From: a virus
Taxonomy: Duplodnaviria > Caudoviricetes
IMG/VR virus record: IMGVR_UViG_3300042934_000707
Location: 1-55,516 of that record
DNA length: 55,516 bases
Direction: 5' to 3' (one strand)
Shown: piece after piece, positions 1 to 9,085 of the stretch
Numbering within the stretch: the first letter of the stretch is position 1
Layout: every line of letters begins with the position of its first letter
Position numbers and translations under genes: made by a program
Notes under the pieces: generated by a model
The model's database searches: none
Seen by the model: only the letters and a program-made list of their open reading frames with translations
What the model was told of the DNA's origin: nothing

Positions 1-1
1 C

Positions 2-211
2 ATCCAACCACCACATGATCTCCTCTTCCAGTTCTGGATTAGCGTCGATCATCGATTGTGCGTAGAACTCCTCATCGAACGAAAAGTAAGCTACAGCGGC
101 ATAAAGAAGCTCTGAGGCTCCTAGCTGGTCGGCTAAGTTGCGGCCGATCATGCTAAAAGCCTCAGAGTACTCAATGGGTACAATGAGTAAGGTGTTTCTC
201 GTTAATGACAT
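2..211 (-). CDS. Hypothetical protein, truncated by the window edge (MSLTRNTLLIVPIEYSEAFSMIG...)
   Basis: Read manually: ATG at 211, open to the window start; overlaps the end of the upstream - strand gene. Confidence 0.6.
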   Translation of the reverse strand, partial: MSLTRNTLLIVPIEYSEAFSMIGRNLADQLGASELLYAAVAYFSFDEEFYAQSMIDANPELEEEIMWWLD

Positions 212-650
212 TCTTCACTTCCACTACCATCGAGCCGTCCTGATATTCCAATACCGTACAACGTACCTTCATTCCGTAGAACATGGGCTGCATAAGACTG
301 CCAAGCTCGGAGAGGATCACTGAGACGACTGGGAGAAACGCTGAGAAATCTACAGCGTGTAAACGGACTAAAGCGGCGGCGACTGGTTCCATGTCAAGTG
401 TGCTGTTGGCTAAAAGCGCCCAGTTAAGGATGGCCTCAACAGAAAGGTCCGCACCGACACGGCGGAGGTCTCGCTGGTGGCGCCGTAGGTCATCTGCATC
501 GACTGGGCACTCCATTAAAACGTAGCATGGGCGGGAAGATCCTAAATTGACCGTGACTTGAGTCACTGTATAGTTGGAGAAGTTATCGGGATATTTCTTC
601 GAAAGCACGGCGCAATCTTTCGGGAATGAAATCGCTACGCTCGAGCGCAT
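171..650 (-). CDS. Hypothetical protein (true start uncertain)
   Basis: 159-aa ORF in a tightly packed - strand operon. Confidence 0.6.
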   Translation of the reverse strand: MRSSVAISFPKDCAVLSKKYPDNFSNYTVTQVTVNLGSSRPCYVLMECPVDADDLRRHQRDLRRVGADLSVEAILNWALLANSTLDMEPVAAALVRLHAVDFSAFLPVVSVILSELGSLMQPMFYGMKVRCTVLEYQDGSMVVEVKNVINEKHLTHCTH

Positions 651-1032
651 GATTAAAGTCTTCCTTCAGATTGTCGAGATACGCATCAGTTCTCACGACC
701 ACAGGTACTGTTTTCACAATCGCCGTGTTGCTCACGCTGTCGTAGTCCACTTGCACATGACTCCCCGGTTTGCCGCTAAATGTGAACAGCCTACGAAAGC
801 AATCGAGAATGTTGTCGATTGCCTGAACGTTGTCGCTGACCCACAAACCCTTCTTACGAAAGGCTTCAAAGATGCTGTCGGTTGCGGCGTCCATGCCGCC
901 TCCGTTGAAGAACTCAATGGCCTCGTTGACGATTGCCTGGATGTTGGCGTCCCAGATCATGCCACTTAGCTCTCGTTGCAGAAAGTCACTTATCTGGTCA
1001 GTCAAAGGATCGACTTCGATGAGGACGTTCAT
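583..1032 (-). CDS. Hypothetical protein
   Basis: 149-aa ORF starting 3 nt after the stop of the previous gene. Confidence 0.75.
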   Translation of the reverse strand: MNVLIEVDPLTDQISDFLQRELSGMIWDANIQAIVNEAIEFFNGGGMDAATDSIFEAFRKKGLWVSDNVQAIDNILDCFRRLFTFSGKPGSHVQVDYDSVSNTAIVKTVPVVVRTDAYLDNLKEDFNHALERSDFIPERLRRAFEEISR

Positions 1033-1035
1033 GGT

Positions 1036-1668
1036 TCAGTTCTTCGCAGCGATATAATCGATGAGCTTCTTCTTGAGTTCATCGCGCACGGCTGAATCCT
1101 CGACTTGTCGAAAAATCCCGTCCACGAACTCAAAGACCGTATTCTCTACGTCAGCGAGATCATCAATTTCCTCGATCACACGTGGCATTCGAACCACGGG
1201 GATACGAGCTAGGTTGGCGATTTCCTTCGTCAACACGTAGTACTGGCTGATGCGGTAATCCTGACCAATGGCCAGTACGATCTCTTCCGCATCGTTGTCC
1301 ACGTTGATCGTGGTTTCGCACCATGACAGCCGGTTGCCAAAGCTTGACAACAGGTAGTCGGCGAACTGGTTCAAGCGCAGCTCGAAGTCGTCGAAGTCGG
1401 CCAGAAGGTCCTCGTACTCCGACAGCTTCATCTTGCGCAGGTTGTAGCCTACGATCGAGAGCATCTTCTTGAAAGGATCGTCCCGCAGACCGTGGCGATA
1501 ACGTTGGAGCCGTTGAATGTAAAGCTTCAAGTACTCGCCAGCGGCTTCCGACAGTTTGCGGTCATCGGCGTTGTCAAAAGGCGAGGCTAATTTGTCTTCT
1601 TGCAGCCGTTCCTTTTGATCGGCCAAAATACTGACCAACTGATTGAATGGAATCCGGTAAGATTTCAC
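1036..1668 (-). CDS. Hypothetical protein
   Basis: 210-aa ORF, GTG start, AGGGGA RBS. Confidence 0.8.
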   Translation of the reverse strand: MKSYRIPFNQLVSILADQKERLQEDKLASPFDNADDRKLSEAAGEYLKLYIQRLQRYRHGLRDDPFKKMLSIVGYNLRKMKLSEYEDLLADFDDFELRLNQFADYLLSSFGNRLSWCETTINVDNDAEEIVLAIGQDYRISQYYVLTKEIANLARIPVVRMPRVIEEIDDLADVENTVFEFVDGIFRQVEDSAVRDELKKKLIDYIAAKN

Positions 1669-1695
1669 AAGCTAATTCCCCTAAGCGAAGGCAGG

Positions 1696-2022
1696 TTATT
1701 TCTTGACGATGAACAGTGTGTTGCCGCTCATCTTAATCTCCACCCCAAACTTGCGTAGGTAGAGAACTAGTTGTCCTGGGATGCAATTAACGATGTTGAA
1801 CTTCTGATGGTCTTGCAAGAACGTGATGAGCCTAGCTTGACTGAGCAGGGAGTCTGGCAGAACCGAAGGCTCTAGCACTAACCAACCGCATTTGTTGACC
1901 AGGTCTTGTTCGATCACGAATTGCCACGTAAGAGGCGATATGGTGCGCTCGGCATCCACGGTGTCCATCAGTAGCGAAAGATCGAGGATGAAGCCCGTAG
2001 GGGCCTTAGAATTGATTTTCAT
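1696..2022 (-). CDS. Hypothetical protein, first gene of a putative early operon
   Basis: 108-aa ORF, AAGGG RBS, TACATTAC motif upstream. Confidence 0.75.
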   Translation of the reverse strand: MKINSKAPTGFILDLSLLMDTVDAERTISPLTWQFVIEQDLVNKCGWLVLEPSVLPDSLLSQARLITFLQDHQKFNIVNCIPGQLVLYLRKFGVEIKMSGNTLFIVKK

Positions 2023-2055
2023 GGAATACCCTTGGGGTCCCTACAGTATATCCAT

Positions 2056-2084
2056 GTAATGTATCTTTTTACCGCTTACAAAGA
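2056..2084 (-). promoter_or_regulatory. Putative early phage promoter (TACATTAC; upstream box degenerate)
   Basis: TACATTAC on - at 2056-2063; resembles the phiKZ early consensus TATATTAC. Confidence 0.55.
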
Positions 2085-2128
2085 AGAGAAAATAAAAGCC
2101 GTATCAGACGGGGTGTTACCCCCGTCTG
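2085..2128 (-). terminator. Intrinsic terminator
   Basis: CAGACGGGGT/ACCCCGTCTG stem followed on - by a T-rich tract. Confidence 0.65.
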
Positions 2129-2137
2129 ACCGATGGA

Positions 2138-2344
2138 CTAACTGAAGCCGTAGTTATCACCCGACACCGGGTCAGCCACGTTCAACGCAGGACCATGGGC
2201 TTCGAAGCTGTACTGCTCTTTCGGGAACTGGCCGTGCCATTCGCCCGTCAGACATTCACCGCACAGGTAACCGGCGTTGGTGGTCTGAGTGGCATGAATG
2301 GAATCGCAGCAACCGCAGCGCTCGCATTTGAAGATGTTGGACAT
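2138..2344 (-). CDS. Small putative zinc-binding protein
   Basis: 68 aa with CERCGCC...CGEC...WH; AGGAG RBS. Confidence 0.75.
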   Translation of the reverse strand: MSNIFKCERCGCCDSIHATQTTNAGYLCGECLTGEWHGQFPKEQYSFEAHGPALNVADPVSGDNYGFS

Positions 2345-2369
2345 GATGTCTCCTGTTTAAAGGTCGGTG

Positions 2370-3038
2370 TTAAAGTTCGCCAGTGCGTACCGCAGCGGCT
2401 TCGCCGGTAGCGCGGTCAGGGGCTTGACGGCGGATCATGGCTTCACGGAAGAAAGGACGACCTTCGCCAGTGCGCGACGAAGTGGTCAGGTCTTTCCATG
2501 CCTCAATCGCTTGATCACCTGATAATGTATCGTCACAGACGTATGGAATCTTGAGCACCGCTTCGTTGGCACGGTTGAAGAACGTGAAGGAGCCCTTCTT
2601 GTGGTTACGCAGAACCAGGACCTGTACGACACCGTCCAAAAGGAAGGGCTCTAGTGGTGCGGCAGGCACCGCTTTGTCACGACACACGATGCGCAGCCCG
2701 CTGTGAGTGCCGAAGGTGAAAGCGTTTTCGAAACGGCGAGAGACCTTCGGGCGTTTCTTGCCCAAATGGAACGAATCCACTTCGAGCATCTTGGCCTTGA
2801 GCTTTTTACCCGCGTAACCCACATTGACGCCCAGAGTTTTTGGGGTGGCGCGGTCGTCGAATACACAGTTGCCCACTTGACGCGAGTACTTGTGCAGTTT
2901 GTTGAGCAGATCCCATCGCGAGGACTTCATGCGATTAGGCCAAGAGGACTGACGCTGTACGGAGACAGCCAGTTCGATTTGGGTGCGGCGGATGTTCTCT
3001 TTGTAGCCCATGTCAGTCTGCCTGTTTATCAGGGCCAT
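2370..3038 (-). CDS. Hypothetical basic protein
   Basis: 222-aa ORF in operon. Confidence 0.7.
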   Translation of the reverse strand: MALINRQTDMGYKENIRRTQIELAVSVQRQSSWPNRMKSSRWDLLNKLHKYSRQVGNCVFDDRATPKTLGVNVGYAGKKLKAKMLEVDSFHLGKKRPKVSRRFENAFTFGTHSGLRIVCRDKAVPAAPLEPFLLDGVVQVLVLRNHKKGSFTFFNRANEAVLKIPYVCDDTLSGDQAIEAWKDLTTSSRTGEGRPFFREAMIRRQAPDRATGEAAAVRTGEL

Positions 3039-3408
3039 TGAACGACGGGATGCGCACGCGTCGTTGGCCGGGTTTGACGGGTTGGTCTGGTGTCACATCG
3101 TAGTAGTCGAAGATACCAACGGTGCGGTTGTCTTCGGTCACGTAGGCGTAATCACAGAAGTCAGAGTGCAGGATAGCATCGGCTGCTTCCAGCGCTTCGG
3201 TTTGTGTCGGGTACGGTGGACTGGTCTGCACCAAGCGTTTCTTGGAGTGCATTTCCACGTAGGCATCTACAGGGACACCGCTGCATCCCCGCTTACTGCG
3301 TGTTACAACGCCGCCAATGACAACATGGTCAGGGCGTTTGCCAGTGTTTTGTGGGAACAGTGCTTCGTTCCACGCGGCTTCCGTTTCAGGGGTCGGACGA
3401 CTTTTCAT
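3013..3408 (-). CDS. Hypothetical protein
   Basis: 131 aa; ATGA start/stop overlap with the upstream gene. Confidence 0.7.
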   Translation of the reverse strand: MKSRPTPETEAAWNEALFPQNTGKRPDHVVIGGVVTRSKRGCSGVPVDAYVEMHSKKRLVQTSPPYPTQTEALEAADAILHSDFCDYAYVTEDNRTVGIFDYYDVTPDQPVKPGQRRVRIPSFNGPDKQAD

Positions 3409-3995
3409 GACTCGCGTTTCCCTAAACGGATCTTGCGCAGCGGTGGGACAGAGCCGTTAGCCATGGCTTCTTTGAAAGCCGTGTCCAGACGTTTGCCGTA
3501 TTCACCGAACTCAGTATCGGCCACTTCATGTTCGATGTATTGATGGAACTTCTGGAAGTCTTCAGCAGATTCCACGGAACCCCAGTAACCGCGCTCACGG
3601 TCATTCAGGAAGAGCTGGACCTTTTCCTTACCCGCCAAACCTACCAGTGCTCGCCACTTCTTGGCTTCTTGCTCTGTTTCTTTGGTGCTGGCATCCAGAT
3701 CGCCCAAGATGTTCGACAGCGTATGGCGGTCATCGACGCTGAACTGACGCCCGTCTTCCAGCAAGACAGCGATCACATGGTAATACTGGTCGTGGTCAAG
3801 ATCGACGCGGTTCAGCGTAGCCGTGATGTTTTCACGGCGGTGGATGGGCATTTCCAACAGCGAGTAAAAGCTGTCGTAGAAGTTGTTGAGGGAGGTGTCA
3901 TCAGACTCCTTGATGTAGATTCCCATCAATTCGATCTCAGCCATCGTCTGAGCCGTTTTGAGTACCGTCATCTTCATGGTGTACCTCAAGCGCAT
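3405..3995 (-). CDS. Hypothetical protein (start probably MKMTV after GAGG)
   Basis: 196-aa ORF downstream of phuZ. Confidence 0.75.
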   Translation of the reverse strand: MRLRYTMKMTVLKTAQTMAEIELMGIYIKESDDTSLNNFYDSFYSLLEMPIHRRENITATLNRVDLDHDQYYHVIAVLLEDGRQFSVDDRHTLSNILGDLDASTKETEQEAKKWRALVGLAGKEKVQLFLNDRERGYWGSVESAEDFQKFHQYIEHEVADTEFGEYGKRLDTAFKEAMANGSVPPLRKIRLGKRES

Positions 3996-4036
3996 AAGTC
4001 CGCTAGGGATTGCTCCCTAGCGGCACAGGGGGTTGA

Positions 4037-5053
4037 TCAGTCCAGGATCGGACCTTTCTTCTTCTTGCCCGCAACGCCAGTCAGCCCGGCGAAGGACGCC
4101 GTGGTGTTGGTGGTACGGTTCTTCTCGGCAGCTTCGAGTTCACTGTGCAACGCGGCCAGTTCCTTGTGGATGCCGTGCAGCGAGTGCGTTTCGATCGCGA
4201 AGAACAGGTTGTTCTTTTGCGCCACGTTTGGCAAGAAGCCGTCGGTGGAGTACGGAGCAAAGACCGTTGGCTGCTCATCGTCCGGGCTGCGGGTCAGATA
4301 GGCCGCCGAAATGACGTTCTTCTGCTCTTCGTCAAACTTCTCGGCGCTGTCGTACACCTGGATGCGGGACAGAGCAGGTTTGAACTCAGGCTTGACCAGG
4401 TTGTAGTTGATGAAGCTGTCCAAGTCAGCCGTGTCGAAGCCGACGTTGCGGCGTGAGCACAGGATGGCCAGGGCAGTGATCATCAGTTCAGCTTCAGCAT
4501 CCACAGCCGAGCGTGCTACGCCCTTCTTGTTCATGCCCCAGTGGAAGACGATGTTCTTGCCCAGCTCTTCGGACAGGTCTTGCAGGTTCGCCACCGACGT
4601 GATGACGTTCTTGACCTTGCGCTCGTTCTCGGAAGAACCGATCAGCACGACGAAGACGCGCTTGCCCGCTTCGAGCAGCGCTTTGGTCAGGTAGTACGCC
4701 GCCACGTTGCCAGTGCCGCCCGACGCCGTGGAGACCACGATGTTGGCGTAGGCCGCTGGGAACTTGCGGATCACTTCAGGCGTGGCCTTTTCGATCGCTT
4801 CGGCGTTCTTGGACTTGAGCATGCCAGAGCCGTCAAGTTCTTCGCCCTCGATGGACTTGAACAGGTACGCGTTCTTGACCTGGCTGTCGGTGAGGTTCGA
4901 GTCGCTGGTGTCGAGGTAACGCACGCTCAGCTTGGCGATATCAGCTTGCACCGGTTCGGAATCGAATTTCTTGGCAATGTTGGAACCGCCACCACCACAG
5001 CCCCAGATAGCTACGGTGCCGACTTCGCGAGTGGAGAGAATTTCATTGGACAT
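4037..5053 (-). CDS. phuZ: PhuZ tubulin/FtsZ-family GTPase
   Basis: GCGGGGSNI T1 loop, YLDTS, DGSG, SGGTG signature, T7 loop NVGFDTAD; jumbo-phage context; AAGGAG RBS. Confidence 0.95.
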   Translation of the reverse strand: MSNEILSTREVGTVAIWGCGGGGSNIAKKFDSEPVQADIAKLSVRYLDTSDSNLTDSQVKNAYLFKSIEGEELDGSGMLKSKNAEAIEKATPEVIRKFPAAYANIVVSTASGGTGNVAAYYLTKALLEAGKRVFVVLIGSSENERKVKNVITSVANLQDLSEELGKNIVFHWGMNKKGVARSAVDAEAELMITALAILCSRRNVGFDTADLDSFINYNLVKPEFKPALSRIQVYDSAEKFDEEQKNVISAAYLTRSPDDEQPTVFAPYSTDGFLPNVAQKNNLFFAIETHSLHGIHKELAALHSELEAAEKNRTTNTTASFAGLTGVAGKKKKGPILD

Positions 5054-5118
5054 CAGGTAACGCTCCTTGGTTAATTGAGGTATTGCAAGGTGAGAATTCG
5101 TTTCCGCTATACAAAGAG

Positions 5119-5147
5119 ATGATGTAGCATTTTAAAACCGTGGAATG
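5119..5147 (-). promoter_or_regulatory. Putative early promoter for phuZ
   Basis: CATTC-N16-TACATCAT on -. Confidence 0.6.
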
Positions 5148-5191
5148 TCGAGCCATCTTGTGTAGGTTGTAAAATATAACGAGGTTATACC

Positions 5192-6016
5192 ATGGACATT
5201 CTTTCGATCGCGCTTGACCGTGTCAAGTTCGAGATTAACCCGGAGGTGTTAGAACTTGCGTTCGCACCGCGGCGGTATAATCCCGCCAAACAAAACTTCA
5301 CACGTGAGAACCGCAGTGGGGTCTCCACCGATGCCATGATTCGTCGGGCTATCATCGACGCACGGGTCATGGTTGACATCAACCTGTGTTCCGGGGTTGA
5401 GAACGTGGTGTCCCTGAACGGTCTGCCAGTGGAGCGCATTGACCCCTGGAGCATGATCTACCGCATTCCTAAGGAAAGGACCGGGGGGCGGACCATCACG
5501 GCCGTGTACAGCCTCTCCTTCGGTCAGGGCAGTGTATTGGGGACCAGCTACAACGGGACCTCTGACAGCTCGGCTGCATTGGACGCAGCTGCCGGTGTGC
5601 TGCAATCGAACATGCCGTGGACTCAAGTCCAGACCGCGTTCGTGAGCCTCATCGGGGAGAACACCGTGCTGGTCAGTAACATGGGCCAACAACCGGGTGC
5701 ACTGTACCTGCGTTGCCAAGTCACCCATGAGCCTAACTTGGCCAACATCGCCCCAGAGAACTACGACGTGTTCACTGAGCTGGTCATTCTGGCTGCCAAG
5801 GCGTACGTCTACAACAACACCATTGTCTCGCTGGACGAAGGTGCGATCAAAGCCGGTGCGTCCATTGGCCGTATCCGTGAGATCATTGACGGCTACGCAG
5901 ACTCCAACCAGCTGTACAAAGAACACATGCGGGACAACTGGCGGGTCGTGGCTCACATGAACGACCGTGAGAAGAACAAGCGTCACATGCGCTACACCGT
6001 GGGTGCTCGTCGGTAA
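5192..6016 (+). CDS. Conserved phiKZ-like protein, probably virion structural
   Basis: 274 aa, GAGG RBS, divergent from phuZ; N-terminus resembles a conserved phiKZ-like family (from memory). Confidence 0.7.
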   Translation: MDILSIALDRVKFEINPEVLELAFAPRRYNPAKQNFTRENRSGVSTDAMIRRAIIDARVMVDINLCSGVENVVSLNGLPVERIDPWSMIYRIPKERTGGRTITAVYSLSFGQGSVLGTSYNGTSDSSAALDAAAGVLQSNMPWTQVQTAFVSLIGENTVLVSNMGQQPGALYLRCQVTHEPNLANIAPENYDVFTELVILAAKAYVYNNTIVSLDEGAIKAGASIGRIREIIDGYADSNQLYKEHMRDNWRVVAHMNDREKNKRHMRYTVGARR

Positions 6017-6022
6017 TAGTGA

Positions 6023-6062
6023 CTCCACTGGGCTATCACGGCCCAGTGGAGGTCTATGCCGT
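6023..6062. terminator. Hairpin between convergent genes followed by TATGCCGT
   Basis: CTCCACTGGGC/GCCCAGTGGAG 11-bp stem. Confidence 0.65.
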
Positions 6063-6463
6063 TAGCGGCTGCGGATGCTGGCGACGAAGGACTCCACGGA
6101 GGTGTGCAGTTGGTAACCTTCGTCTTGAATCAACTTGAGTTCTTCAGGTGGCATGTCCATGGCCAGTACGTGCCCACCATCCGGGATAGTCACTGCATCT
6201 GGCCACTTGGTCACCGCGGTCAGCACTTGGCCTTCGTGGGACTTCTGATCTTCACCCTTGGTAAAGACGCCGTTGTTCACGGTGTTGGTCAAATCTTCAG
6301 CGTTGTAGACCTGACGGACGACAAAGCCGTTCTGCACCAGATCTTCAGTCACGTTGTCTGGTGGCTTGCCAAAGTCGGCTACTTGTACAGCGACAGCTGG
6401 GGCTTCAGTGTAACTGGGGTCAGCTGCCAGTTCTTCCATTGAGGGAAACCAGTTAACTCTCAT
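6062..6463 (-). CDS. Small putative head protein (MRVNWFPSMEE...)
   Basis: ORF open from 6511; likely start 6463; N-terminal S-M-E motif matches prohead-protease specificity. Confidence 0.6.
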   Translation of the reverse strand: MRVNWFPSMEELAADPSYTEAPAVAVQVADFGKPPDNVTEDLVQNGFVVRQVYNAEDLTNTVNNGVFTKGEDQKSHEGQVLTAVTKWPDAVTIPDGGHVLAMDMPPEELKLIQDEGYQLHTSVESFVASIRSR

Positions 6464-6835
6464 GCGGGTCGACCTTGAAAATTTAGGGATGAGGAAGTGT
6501 TCACATAGCATAAAGACCAGCCTTGGGGCTGGCTAGAGTGAGTGTGTATTTAATTACTGATCTAAAATATACTTTGATGCGCTTGTTTTGCTCCTTCTAT
6601 AAGGTGGGGCTACGCCCCACTGAAGAGCATCGTTGGGGTGTGCCTTCTCTCCGCTCGGTACCCTCCCTACGGAAGTCAACCCACAGAAGCTTATTCCTCA
6701 ACCTACCTATCCCCCAGCTTTAATCCTCACTACGTTCGTCTTAAAGCTACCCCCTTTCCTTCCTTCTCCAAAAAAAGGGTAACTCTGAGCATAAGATAGA
6801 AGTCAACCAAATAAAAAAGTAAAAGGGCAAAACAA

Positions 6836-6853
6836 GGCACCCCGAAGGGTGCC
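6836..6853 (-). terminator. Intrinsic terminator with cUUCGg loop
   Basis: GGCACCC-TTCG-GGGTGCC then TTGTTTT on -. Confidence 0.75.
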
Positions 6854-6869
6854 CGTTTATGCCGTCAGC

Positions 6870-7283
6870 TTAGTTGACAGCTGTCTTTGACACACCGGTG
6901 GCCTGCACTGCTTGATCAGGCCAATCAAAGGTCAACCCAAAGTCAACTCGATCCTTGTTGGCAATCAGGGAGAAGTGGTACGTGCCCTCCTCTACCCGAT
7001 GGCTCAGCGTGATGCCGTAGTCCAAGAACTCGCCCACAACGCTTGGGCAAGGCCGAAGCATCTTGTTCCAGAACTCTGTGTCCACCACGTCCATGGGGTC
7101 GATGTTGCAGACGTAGTGAAGCATGGTGCGGGCAAGGCGCTTGAGATCCGGCAACACGTCTTCAGTGCTGTCGATGCCATTGGTTTTGATCCATTCGACA
7201 AGCTTCAGGTATTCCTGAGCTACTTGACGGATCGTAGGGTTGTACTCGGTGATGTTCGGGTGTGGCTCGGTACGGCTCAGCAT
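6870..7283 (-). CDS. Hypothetical protein
   Basis: 137-aa ORF, last gene of a - strand operon. Confidence 0.75.
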   Translation of the reverse strand: MLSRTEPHPNITEYNPTIRQVAQEYLKLVEWIKTNGIDSTEDVLPDLKRLARTMLHYVCNIDPMDVVDTEFWNKMLRPCPSVVGEFLDYGITLSHRVEEGTYHFSLIANKDRVDFGLTFDWPDQAVQATGVSKTAVN

Positions 7284-7297
7284 AAGGCGATCTCTTG

Positions 7298-7663
7298 TTA
7301 GTGAACGGTCTCACAGGAAGGTTGGAAAATAGCAGCTGGGTGTGGGAAAGGAATGCGCACCGTGTAAGTTCCGGCGACGTTTGCCAAGGCCACATGGAAG
7401 AAGTAGCTGCGGTTCTTGATCGTGTACTTGAGGGTAAGTCCCTGTTGCCTGAAAGCACGCTTGATCTCCGGCAACGGGTTGACGAGGTTGTAGTAGTAGA
7501 GGGTGCTGTACATGACTGTCTCAGCGAGGTTACACACCTTGGCCAGAATGGCGCAACAGGCATGGTCCATGTACATGCCTCCGTGAGTGGCTTTCTGCTC
7601 GACCATCTTCGTGTGGTAAGCCTTATAAGCCGTTGCCAATTCCTCGACAGTGGCGCTTCTCAT
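7298..7663 (-). CDS. Hypothetical protein
   Basis: 121-aa ORF, AGGA RBS. Confidence 0.7.
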   Translation of the reverse strand: MRSATVEELATAYKAYHTKMVEQKATHGGMYMDHACCAILAKVCNLAETVMYSTLYYYNLVNPLPEIKRAFRQQGLTLKYTIKNRSYFFHVALANVAGTYTVRIPFPHPAAIFQPSCETVH

Positions 7664-7685
7664 GACACGGATTTCCTAATGGGAT

Positions 7686-7764
7686 GAAAAAAAGAACACC
7701 ACAGCACCGGGTCCTAAGGACTAAGGGGATGTCTGGACCCGGTGAGGGGAGTCCGTGGCGTTCT
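7686..7764 (-). other. Nested two-stem RNA structure ending in a U-tract (terminator or small RNA)
   Basis: Outer stem 7693-7702/7755-7764, inner perfect 10-bp stem 7705-7714/7735-7744, T7 tract on -. Confidence 0.6.
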
Positions 7765-7779
7765 AAAGTGAGATAACGG

Positions 7780-8535
7780 TCAACCGGTGTAAACGTATTC
7801 TTTGCCCATGACGGCAGCAGGCATACGTTGAACCAGTGGGGTTTTATGCACAGGCTTGCTGAGCACGATTTTCCAGATCAGGGTGCGGTTGTAAGTCTTG
7901 ACAGGGTCGACCCAGCCGGTAGCCGTTTCACCCATGTCGACCTTCGGCTTGGCGTCCAGGAAGCTGGGGCCCGAGTTGATCTTGTCGAGCAGGCTCTTGT
8001 TGCGCAGGTCTTGCTGCACGTCGTTCAGACGCACTTCGCACGCTTCGGAGAACATGATCGAGAAGGTCATGGTGGACTTGTCGAAGGCGCACTGGAAACC
8101 CAGCTTGTCCAGACGGTCCATCAACGGTTGAAGCTCAGTGGTCGACCAGTAGTCGCTGCTGGGCATCAGGGTTGCATCGAGGGCTGCTTGCAGCTCATCA
8201 CGGATCAGCGGACCAGCAGGGTGCTGATCGGCCACTTTCTGCCAGTGTTCATTGGTCAGCGACGAATTGAAGAACTCGCCGATGGCTTTGACGCGGTTGC
8301 CGATGTCTACGTCCGGGACGTAGTGAGGAGTAAGAGTCATCTTCACAGATCCTTCCTGCGGGGTGTTCAATTCACCGGGTCCTTCCAGCAACAACCCGTA
8401 GATCGGGTGCGAGGACAGGTCGGCATGCTTGACGCGAGTAGATCGTTGTTGTTCTTCTTGTTGCATGACAGCCTCCAAGGACTTATCGAAATCGTCTTGG
8501 TGCATAGAAAAGTCGGGATGTTCGAACTTGGACAC
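7780..8535 (-). CDS. Hypothetical protein
   Basis: 251 aa, GTG start, AGGAG RBS. Confidence 0.8.
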   Translation of the reverse strand: MSKFEHPDFSMHQDDFDKSLEAVMQQEEQQRSTRVKHADLSSHPIYGLLLEGPGELNTPQEGSVKMTLTPHYVPDVDIGNRVKAIGEFFNSSLTNEHWQKVADQHPAGPLIRDELQAALDATLMPSSDYWSTTELQPLMDRLDKLGFQCAFDKSTMTFSIMFSEACEVRLNDVQQDLRNKSLLDKINSGPSFLDAKPKVDMGETATGWVDPVKTYNRTLIWKIVLSKPVHKTPLVQRMPAAVMGKEYVYTG

Positions 8536-8573
8536 GCAAGATCTCCTAGTGGATCGGGTTAGAATTCCGGTTC

Positions 8574-9065
8574 TTAGAACCAGACTGGATCGGACAGCTT
8601 GGGGTTTTTGGCAACAACGTCTTGAACTTCGTCGTCTTCGCCGATTGACAGCATGTCGTGCACGAAGCTCTTGCTGATGAACAGGCGCTCCTTGACCGAC
8701 TTGTCGCTGAAGATGTCCTGCTGCACTTTGATCACATCCATCGAGTGGCTTTCAGGATGGTGTGCAACGACACGCTCGTACATGCCGCCAGCGTTTTCGC
8801 CACGGTAGATGCTGTAACCCACGATCTCGAGTTCTTCGATCATCGGGGCTTTGTCGTCAAAGATAGTCTTTTGAGCCTTAGGTTCGCCCGGCACCAGACC
8901 CTTGACCGTGATCATAGGCTTGCGGTGCACTTCAAGCGGCAGCGTCAGCAGCTTGCCTTTGGCTGGCTTGTGCTGCTTGAGTTTGCTGTAGACGTACTCA
9001 GCATCGGTGATGACCTTGGATTCAACGCGGGTTGCAGGGTTAGACATGGGTTGATACTCCGACAT
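8574..9065 (-). CDS. Hypothetical protein, first gene of a putative early operon
   Basis: 163 aa; early promoter motif directly upstream. Confidence 0.8.
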   Translation of the reverse strand: MSEYQPMSNPATRVESKVITDAEYVYSKLKQHKPAKGKLLTLPLEVHRKPMITVKGLVPGEPKAQKTIFDDKAPMIEELEIVGYSIYRGENAGGMYERVVAHHPESHSMDVIKVQQDIFSDKSVKERLFISKSFVHDMLSIGEDDEVQDVVAKNPKLSDPVWF

Positions 9066-9085
9066 GATAAGGTTTATTCCCAGTT

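Noticed and set aside
6523-6723. 66-aa + ORF in the non-coding tract
   Set aside because: TTG start, no RBS, atypical codons, runs through hairpins
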